From NCBI GenBank assembly GCA_000934665.2, contig KZ538167.1:62001-111817 (forward strand): a stretch of 49,817 nt of DNA, read 5' to 3'. Below are positions 40,238 through 49,817 of the stretch, piece by piece. Each line of letters begins with the position of its first letter. Position 1 is the stretch's first letter. The notes below the pieces were generated by a model. That model was not told where the DNA came from and searched no databases. It saw only the letters and a program-made list of their open reading frames with translations. This stretch comes from Catajapyx aquilonaris (Eukaryota). The position numbers and the translations under genes were made by a program.

Positions 40238-41548
40238 GAGCACACTGCGGAAAATTATTGTAACACTCGGGTTTAATAACTGGGCGTCATTTTTGGAGAA
40301 ACATTGGTGCTTATTATTGCAGCAGAAAATACCATCTGTTCATACTGTACGGCAGCTACAAACCGCTGGAGAAGATGAATATTTTAAGTGTTCCGATGGC
40401 AAAGCACCGATTTGTGATGCATTTACCCCCATTTTGTCGAAAGTGCTTTGAGCAGTCGATCCTTTATGACAAAGGATGACTTGTTACGCAACGCTGGGCA
40501 GCACCCATCCCACTTTGAATTATGAATTTCTCATTCTCGTACTGTTTTTAATGCCTTGTTATAAACCTGTAATTTTCAAAATACTATATTGACAGTGATG
40601 GGCAAAATACCCGGGTTTTTTTTTGCCTATTCCTGAGTACCCTCTCGTTGCCACGTGCGCTTCGTTTGGGAGGATAGGTGAATAGGTAGCAAGAGTTTTT
40701 GCAAAATTATGGGCGTTATGAAAGTGTGATGATGTGTTACTGTTGGGCAGGGCTGCTTTGAAAGGCGACGGTGTTGGAAGAATGACGAGTGTGACGCATT
40801 TTGTTTTACATGCGAAGATTGTGTGGAAATATATTTCGGAACTTGGTTAGTGGTGCTACTAGCCAGTAATTGTTGATTTCATAATATTGTTGATATTTAT
40901 TCGTTATCCTGTTGACGGGAGATATTGTGACGTCAGTACCAAGTCATGATTTTACTAGTCTAGCTGCCTACTTTCTTCGTTTACCCCAAAATTTGCATAC
41001 AGTACGTTTTGTTGAAGATTCAGAGTTTGGTGCGATACAAGTTAACATAAATTATTTCTCTAAACCTATGTCGTTCAGTGGACAGTGTGTATGTATTTCA
41101 GAAAATATGAGAGATTTTTATGAGGTTGAGGAACATAAACTTTTCTCGCCCGAGTGACCACAACCTAGAATATTTGCTATTGACATATCATTGTCTGCCA
41201 CGTTTTGGAAGCAACGAATCGAGTCGTACTTGGTGCTACTGCACAACTTTTTGCACAATTTCCGGCCCACAGTATTTAATGGAATGTGATTATGCTAATC
41301 TGTAAAGGTGGAGGGGAAACCTGTTTTGTATAAAAGTGATTAAAATTCGTTAAGTACCATGCGCAGTAATATTATTCAGCATCCCAATGTCCCTCTCGGA
41401 AAGTCGATGATGATCAGCTCAAAAACATAACATTCTTCAACTGCAGGAATTTTAATCAATGCATCTCAAGAGTACAATGACTACATCAAATGCTGCCAGT
41501 ACAATGTAGAAAAGACCCAAAATCCAAATATAAAGTGAGCCATAATGT

Positions 41549-42954
41549 CTATTTGTTCTTTGTCTCCTTCTTGAGTTTGGCCAGCGACACCAGGCATTGG
41601 TCTCTCCAGGCCCTCCTTTGGGCCAACTGGTCCAGAGAGGTCATCTGGCACAGCTGCCGATTGACCTCCTTGGCCTGATCACCTCCCATCTTCGGGATGG
41701 GACCAAAAGTAGTGCTGATGTGATGAATAGTCTCACCATAACGCTCGCAATAGTTCTCCATGCCTGCAGAGTATTTAGCGTAAATGTTTTGTAACAAAGA
41801 AGTACCTAGGCGAGAATGTTTACCTTCAGCATTCAGATGGGCAGTTTCAAAAGGTCCCAAGAAAGCATATCGCATCCCAAGGCCTTCAGACATGACTGTG
41901 TCGATATCCTTAACGTCCAGGATCCCATCTTGAACCAGTCGCCAGCACTCATTAAGGATTGCATACCTAAGGGATATAAAATTAGCATTCTGATGACCCA
42001 TATGATCAAACGTGCACTTACTGGATACGATTGAGTGCAAATCCAGCGATTTCCTTAGAGAGCGTGACTGGCGCTTGACCTATCTCGGCCATGATTTCCT
42101 TGGTCAGGGTGACCACCTCAGGCTTAGTCCACGGGGCAGGAACTATTTCAACCAGAGGCACGTAGTAAGGCGGGTTCACCTAGAAATTTGGAAATGTCAA
42201 ATCCTAGCCGCATGCATGTGCAATCGTCATCAATTACAGGGTGAGCAACGATGACCTGCTCCTTGTGCTTGAGGTGGCTGGAGAAGTCCGATGGAAGGAT
42301 GGCGCTTGTTGAACTGGCCAGAACCGTCACATCATCCACGACGCTATCCAGCTCCGAGAACACCTTGCGCTTGAGGTCCAGCGACTCCGGGGTGCACTCC
42401 TGCACATACTTGGCCCCCTTCACCAACTCGGACAAACTGCTGCAACCTGCAACGTGTAATAAGGTAAGTATAGTCATACATACTTGAATGTACTGAACAA
42501 CTGGAAATATTTGTTGAAAACAGTCTTATGTAAGTTACGGTATCTCAAATTTTTAAGTGGTTGCCAGTTGGGTAATTACTGTCCTTTTGTACCGATACCT
42601 TTGATCAAAGAATGTTGCTGCTCCGGTGTCTTAGTCCCACGGAGCATCCCAGTTTCCTTCAGCGTCTTGAACTGCTTCAGAATATCATCCAACGCATTCT
42701 GAATCTGCTTCGGCTCCGTATCATACAGCCTCACTTGGTATCCGGCCCCAGCAAAAAGCATTGCCCAACTCCGCCCAATCAATCCACTAATTATTAAAGA
42801 AAACAATTAATATTTTTGAACACCTTTAACTCATTTTTAAAAAAAATCTGAAAAATTTTATTACACACATGTAAATGTATGTTATTATGTTAAACTCCAT
42901 AAAATTTGCTTACCTTCCTATAATTCCGACCGAGTTTCGCGACGAGTCTGCCAT
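41549..42954 (-). CDS. CRYL1: Lambda-crystallin homolog / L-gulonate 3-dehydrogenase (3-hydroxyacyl-CoA dehydrogenase family)
   Basis: Six exons: 42954-42914, 42786-42599, 42446-42238, 42179-42022, 41966-41824, 41763-41549 (317 aa). Rossmann motif [78 protein letters not shown]. Confidence 0.96.
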
Positions 42955-44244
42955 GGCTGCTTGTGACCTCCTTACTGATGAGTCAAGGTTAGCTGGCACA
43001 TGCTCACGTATCTGTCACGTTCTTTTCAGGATAATATTACGACACACACTCTCACACACTGAAGAAACAGGCCGCGCGCATATTTTTACAAGGTCGGATA
43101 TTATATGTGTGACTAAACGGATTTGTCGGGTTGTAAATCCTCGTTTAGTCTCATTGAAGCTGTTTCCTCATACTTAATAGGATTAATATTTATAGGGCAG
43201 TAAATATTCATATGTGTACATTCGCTTTCAATATTTTTTGTCAATAAAGTACGCCCCGCCAGTAATTGAATATGTGTTTACCACTGTGTAATAAGGAAGT
43301 CATATGACGCAATATATATCCGGGCGATGTTCATGGGAACCGGAATAATTCATGATGAGGTCAGGTGTGTGCTTTTTTTTTTAGAGGCGTTTGTATATAG
43401 TTCCGTTGAGTAAGCTGTCCTCTTCTCATGTAATATTCAGTCCCATCGGACCTATCTAAAAAGGGGAGACATGAATCGGAGTTATAATATCCGGTGGGTT
43501 CCGCAGATCCGGGGGTTGGCCCCGGGGCCAACAAGCCGCACGCGAGCATCTTCCCTCGACCTTTAGAGTCGACCTCGCCTATTGTTGCACCTAATGGATT
43601 CTCACGATGGTGTCGGGCAGATGGTCCTCTTGTTTAAAAAAATATATATTATTAATTCAAGTACCGTTGCATTGTTGGTGCACATACCGATTGGGTATAA
43701 TAAAAATGAGCCCAGGTGTGTCCATCAATCCGTGACCAACGGCTGCCGATGTTCCTGTAGGAAGAAGAGGGGGACCCTATACTGTTTGATTGTTGTCCTT
43801 TCTGGCCTCATTAATCGTATATGGTCGGAGTCAACTCTTCCCTGTCGCAAGGCTGATTAAAAGGGTATCGACTGGCAATTAGGTGATTTAACACCGAGCG
43901 GTGACTGGTGGTGACACTATTGTTGATGGGGGGAAAGGTGATGCCAGGTGGTGTCGATTCAGAATTTGCAACGGGAGCTTATAATTTTTTTTTAAAAATA
44001 ATCATTTGGTAACCACTGCTAGTAACTTAATAATCTTTGGAGTATAATCTAATACGACGTGGAAAACCAAGTTTCGCTATCTCCTTGTCATATCTGATCA
44101 AGACTACTCAACACTCTTTAGCTATGTATGGTTTATACAACGTGCTAATAATACCTCGTAATATCATTAACTGGATCAAATCCAAAATTTGGGGGGTTTT
44201 AGGACTCAAAAAAGCGCGGGTTTGGGACTTTTCTCTAAATCATT

Positions 44245-45020
44245 GGTGTGCCAAAGTTTCAGCACTCTCAGTAGTCCGGAAGTGTGTTTAGTAGCCCTGA
44301 CGTACAGACAAACTTTCTGCTTCGTTATATAAGAAGATTGCAAACTTAACAAGACGTAATATAAATAAGTTAAACAAAAATATGGTATAACTTAAAGTGC
44401 GATCTTTTGAAGTGCTAAATTTCATCATTCTCAGTAGTCCGAAAGTGTGTTTAGTAGCCCTGACATGCAGACAAACTTTCTGATTTATTATGTAGGATTA
44501 GGACTAATAAAAGTTTGGGGCATTTGGGGAATTTTTTTCCCTGAATCTGAATCAGAAGCACATAATAAGCCATGAGTGTGCCAAGTTTCAGTGCTCTCAG
44601 TAGTCCGGAAGTCTGTTAAGTAGCGCGGACATACAGACAAACTTTCTGGTTTATTATTATACATAAGAATATTGCAAACATAGAACATAACATAAGTGAA
44701 CAAAAAAAATTGAAAAAAGTTCGAAAAATTATTTTTGTGAAGAAGTCCCAATAAGTGTCATGATAATTCTCAATAGTCCGGAAGTATGTTCGGTAACGCG
44801 GTCAATACAGACAAACTTTCTGCTTTATTATAGAAGATTGCAAATATAACATTACATTACATACGGTAACTAAAGTGAACAAAAAAATGGTGAAAAGTGC
44901 GAAAAATTATTTTTGTGAAGTGCCAATAAGTGTCATTATTCTCAATAGTCCGGAAGTATGTTCGGTAGCCCGGACATACATACAAACTTTCTACTTTATA
45001 TTGTAATAAGATTGCAAAAT
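44245..45020 (+). repeat. Tandem array of five ~165-173-bp units
   Basis: Core ctca(g/a)tagtccggaagt..gt..gtagc..gaca/tacagacaaactttct recurs at 44267, 44430, 44596, 44769 and 44941. Confidence 0.85.
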
Positions 45021-45482
45021 TCCACCCAATTTTTTTTCTAAAGAAGTTGAGACAGGTGGGAAATTCTTAGTAAAGGTCAAGATCTCCTGAAGGTCACCGA
45101 CATTTTTTTTTTCCTGAGAACAATTTCACGCTTCCATCACTCAAATTGCCTCACACCACACTACTATTTATAACGCGTTTTAAAACAGCTAGTTTCCCAA
45201 GAGTCCATAGGTGTGTGCGGAAGTTTCCGGTTCCTCATCCGGACAGTGATACAGATCAAACATGCAAAGTGGGGGGGCAGATGGGCTCCCTCCAAAAAAT
45301 CTGGGATGTCCATCCTGGATGTTTCCCACCACTTTTTTTTCCACAGAAAAGGATGAAACGTGGCTGTAAAAAAAAAAGACTACTGTATATCCACCTGTCC
45401 CCCGGATTTTGATGAGCAAATTGGTGCAGCTGGACATAATAGTTGTATGGAAGGGGGGCCACGTGCTGCCTGCTCACTCACT

Positions 45483-46707
45483 ATGACCAAATTTGCTTCT
45501 TTTTTTTTTCTTTACCACGATGATGATCGGGGTGGTCGTTTGGCCCTCCCATTTTTGGACTCATCGTTCCCCTCCCCCGCAGGTGAGTATAAAGGGAAAC
45601 ACACAAAACACTGGTAGTCTCATTTGGGTGTATATATTTTGAGTGAACCTGTCGGTGCCCAACAATGCAGTTCTCATTTGCAGGTAATTGTCACAAGTCA
45701 TATTTATAGTGAGTTTTGGTTGCAGTGTTTGCATTGTTGCAGGTTCATTCGGTCCACCGTTGCAGACTCCAAGGTTGGATGGACCATCGACGTCGTCGTC
45801 GCAGTCCATACTTAATGAACGTTTGTCACACCAGTGCTCACAGTGTGGTTACTCAACAGACAGACGGAACAACCTGCAGCGTCATCTGAGGGCAATGCAC
45901 ACACCTTCTGGTGTTCAGGAGTGCTGTGGACAGTTCTTCCAAACCAAAGTTGATCTTAGGCGGCATACCAAGGTACGTAAAATGAGTGAAAGGCGCAACG
46001 ACGCTCATCTGAACCCAAATGTCGCATTGTAGGCGTTGCATCGTCGTGGTTTTCCTTGCTCACTGTGCGGACACCAGTTCCCAAGAAGAGCTCAACTTCG
46101 ACGTCACTTCAGTGTCCACACGGGAATCAAGCCGTTCAAATGCAGCCTGTGCGTGTATGTCACCAACAACAAGAGCAATCTGGAGAGGCACTCTAAGGTA
46201 CTGCTCACTTCGTTTCTTTTTTTGTTGCAAATATTAAAAATTCGCAAATTTTAGGTTCACACGAAGCAACAGCAACAGCAGCAACCAGTGGCTAGCAGCT
46301 CATCTGGGTCACCTTCGACCTCAGAGACGTCCATTCTGTCCGGCCTGTTGACCAGCAGCAGAAAGGAAACGGTGCCTTTGGTCAGGCCATCCCCATTGCC
46401 GCCGTACCATCCACGGTCTTTCTTCCTTCCGACGACGTCGACGGCGCCTCCTTACCGACACGAGATGCTGCCGTTGCTTCCACCGCCCATCTTTTACCCG
46501 AGACCCATCTTCCCGACTGAGCCTCGAAAGACAATGCCCCAGACCTTCCACAGGCATACCATCGAGTCAATCTTGAGCGGTGCGACGCCGACGTCGACGG
46601 CACCCTCGTCTGAACCTGCATCGTCGACCGAACCGTCCTCATCCAGCAGTGAAGACACTCAGTATGTACCAAAGAAGCTTCGGATGGCCAAAAAGTATGT
46701 GTCATAA
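45483..46707 (+). CDS. C2H2 zinc-finger transcription factor (4 fingers, Ser/Pro-rich C-terminus)
   Basis: Well-supported exons 45743-45972, 46033-46197, 46255-46707. Fingers: CSQCGY..LQRHLRAMH, ECCGQFF..LRRHTKALH, CSLCGHQF..LRRHFSVH-TGIKPF-KCSLCVY..LERHSKVH. The phase-compatible first exon ends at the GTGAGT donor after 45582, but its start is uncertain (ATG at 45483 or 45447). Confidence 0.8.
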
Positions 46708-47628
46708 AACAACGACCAAAGACAGTGTCGTGTGAACAACAGCTTAAAAGTACAGGGTGGCCCCCAATGTGTGTGTGTTTTTTTTTCTTTCTATTTTCCG
46801 TTTGTGTAATGGTGGGTTAGGCAGATGCGGTTTGTTTGTTTTGGCACTGGGGAGTGGCGAGCATGAGCTTTACTTTCCCCCCCCCCCCCCCCNCCCCCCC
46901 CCCCAGATAAGATTACCCTCCCCAATTTCATGTTTGATGGGATTTCCACATCCGGACACGTACCCACCCATACTACACCAGACCCGAGTAAATAGTTGTG
47001 TCATTATTAGCTTAGCTGTGAACCTCCACCAGTTACTCACCGTTATGGTTGGTAATACACTAATTACACTTTTTAGGAAACAAAAATTGAACTTGGTTTT
47101 TGTCCCATGCGTACATGATTGTGCGATTCCTATTGTATTTTTTGCGCTGATTTCAAATACGTTAACCAAAATCTTTTAACACTCGCAGTTTTTGAGATAT
47201 ATCGTTTTAAAACTTTACTGCATATGGGCAAAAAAAAAGTTCAAATTTGTTTCCTAGTAATTATTACTGTAGATTTTTTTTAAAGAAAAAAGCACGGAGA
47301 AGGCGCCAAATAAATGCGAATTTGATTTAACCCGCCTTTTTTTCATTTTCTGCGTTCCTTTTTGTCTGTCCCTCCCTTTAGATAAGACGACCCATACTCC
47401 CTAGGGAAGAAGGGACCCATTTTTTTTTTCTAGAAGCCGACCCGCCTGTGAGACACTTAATTGTCCTGGAATGTCATACATTGTTGCAATGTCAGCACCG
47501 AAATATTGTGACCCGACCCGACTACACTCTTGAAGCTGTCAGCTCCAAGTGTATCACAACAATAATATGTATTTATATTAATTAAAAATTCCAATAGGAC
47601 GATTGGACCAGCAGGTTAGACAGGGTTA

Positions 47629-47673
47629 AAATACGTCCAGAAAGTGCGCTGACGTCACTTTCTGGACGTATTT
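47629..47673. repeat. Perfect 18-bp inverted repeat around a CRE (TGACGTCA)
   Basis: aaatacgtccagaaagtg-cgctgacgt-cactttctggacgtattt. Confidence 0.85.
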
Positions 47674-49688
47674 GTGTGTGACGAAAGCTGCCCTTCTGAT
47701 CAATTATGATAACAAAAATTGACCACACAAATCCACAATGCATTGCACTATACTCGAGAAGGCCCTCAGTGGCCTTGAAGCGTGTTCAACTCCATCTGCT
47801 CCATCGGACTATAGTCATATCAGATCTACGCATTTTGCTGTGTAGATAAGTCGTTTCTACCACCAGGGAAGGGGGCAGGAGACTGGAATCTCTCTTTCCC
47901 TGCCTGACTTGCACCGAAGAAGGTTCGACTGCTTCTGGATGACACGGGTCTGAACTATATGGTAAGCATACATAATATGGCTATGGGATAGTACTGAATG
48001 CATTTAGCAAGTGCTGGCTACATACTATCCCATTATTGAACCAGTCAAATACTGCGGCATGTATTATATATAATATTGCGTTTTATATTCGCAGCTGAGA
48101 CACCCTTTTTGGGATCGAGTACCACTGCAGACGTATCCATCGACGCTGAGTGTCAAAATGGTCCTAGGGCTGCGTTGTCAACATGAAATACTTGACGACC
48201 AGCATTACGACTCTGGTGAGTAGCCTACCTGACGAACACAACCCTCTTGACCTCTTCCATTATAAATTTTCCTGCAAATTCCTGTGTTTCCAGTGGGGAT
48301 TGTAGATCAATCAAAATATTCAAACGCCCGATTTTTTTTGTTGCCTTGGTGAAAATCAGGGTTTAGCTAATTTGCGAGCTTTTCACCATTAAAATGGCTC
48401 CATGATGCTTCTTGAATGCGTGGGAATTTTTATTGCAGCATTTGCAATAATGGTAGAATGTGCCCAATTTTTCGAGTCATAATAATTAACTAACTGGCAA
48501 CTGACCTGTTCAGCCTAGCTGCGCCATTGTACCACACTCTATAAGGGGTAGTCATGACGTACAGTACATTCCACTAATTGAACTAGTTATGTTTAAGTTT
48601 TGTGAATTATTTGACTCAAATTGGGCATTGTAAAAAAAAAGTGATTTCTTCAGGCTTGATTTTGCTACGTGACAGGATCATTTTATTGGACGTTCTTAAT
48701 ATTTCATGAAATTACTTGATTTTAAATGTCCTCTGAGTAGCGAAAACCTGGGCTCGAAAGTTGAGAATTTGCAATTTTTGCATTTGGAATTGCCCTATAG
48801 GAACCTTCCTGAATTCTGAATTTAATTTAAATTTAATTTGCAAACTGGAGGACAGTGATGATTATGTAAAGTGTTAAATGATCCTGATTTGATTGACATG
48901 TAAAATTATAAAAATTTAAATCAGTGGTAGGTGTTGTGAAATGCCTGGATCCCAATATCCCCATATATATAAAGCTCAAAATTTGTACATTTATTTATCA
49001 CGCATAATTAAGCCACTTCCCGGGTACGGAGAGCGCTCAAATTTCTCACAGCCATGTCTTATATATCACTGACCCCGGGAAAAGTCCAAACACCGCATTT
49101 CGTCGAGTATAAAAAGCCCTCCCCCCAAAAATTCGGGTTTTTCCCTTTCCCATTGTTGTTCCATCTGTTTCCATGACCCTGCAGAGCTGTAAACAACCAG
49201 AGGTAAGGATTCTCCTTCGTCTCTCGCGTTCTAAACCAAATCCCCCCTCCCAAAGTGAAACAATTGAACTTCTGGCAGGTTGCCAAGGACAACCAAGGAG
49301 TAGTCAACAGCAGGGTCAACAAACATCCTCATTCGAACGGCCAGTTGGTTCCAGGGCGCAGACAAGAGCAGTTCCCTTCCATAACTGGTGCAGGTCTCAT
49401 AGTCCGACATTGGTATTGATGTGTGTTTGGAGTGAATATTTTTGAGTGTGGCCCGAGTTTGTGTGAAGTGAGTTTCGATTTGTCCCCTTTTTGTCCCAAA
49501 TAATTCAATAATTCAAGCCCAAATGATGGATCTGCCTCTCTCACTCATGTTCTACAACAATAATCAACATTGAATATTCAACAATGAAAACAATAGAGCA
49601 ACGGGCAGGTTGGCAAGAATAATAATTGCAGTACAGTGCTGGACATAATAGCCGTCGCTGAATGTTTTTTTTCGGCGGCAGCGGCGGC

Positions 49689-49701
49689 GTTACCTGGCAA
49701 C
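49689..49701. promoter_or_regulatory. RFX X-box-like motif in CpG-rich promoter-like sequence at the window edge
   Basis: GTTACCTGGCAAC within a GCGGCGGCG-rich segment. Confidence 0.45.
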
Positions 49702-49817
49702 CCCGTCCGGCGGGCTAATTCAAACATCAGCCCATGGAGACTGCGTCCATTGTTGCCACTGTTTACAAATCGAGTGAGTGACGCGGACGACCCAGCGACG
49801 GGTCTCTTCTGCCTGCG

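Noticed and set aside
39487..40245. 252-aa antisense ORF over CCDC28
   Set aside because: Antisense shadow crossing introns; no recognisable family.

Overview
Eukaryotic (arthropod-like invertebrate) genomic DNA with GT-AG introns, not prokaryotic. It contains five protein-coding genes. (1) A 5'-partial, long-intron SLC16/MCT-like MFS transporter on + (7 visible exons, 15412-33934) with a long C-terminal tail ending in a PDZ ligand. (2-4) A compact cluster of EEF1AKMT1/N6AMT2 (-), CCDC28 (+, head-to-head with EEF1AKMT1) and CRYL1 (-). (5) A four-finger C2H2 zinc-finger gene (+). Introns and intergenic DNA hold transposon debris: a LINE RT fragment, PIF/Harbinger-like MITEs, two copies of a non-autonomous Helitron-like element, a DINE-1/HINE-like element, a ~170-bp tandem array, several near-perfect hairpins, microsatellites and many poly-C/G tracts with assembly Ns. 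I found no rRNA, tRNA or CRISPR array and no clearly novel multi-gene system. The most interesting signals are regulatory or structural: a Helitron carrying a CTCF-like site, a CTCF-like pair in the bidirectional promoter, intronic hairpins, and interlocking inverted repeats. All family assignments come from motif recognition by eye; no database searches were run.
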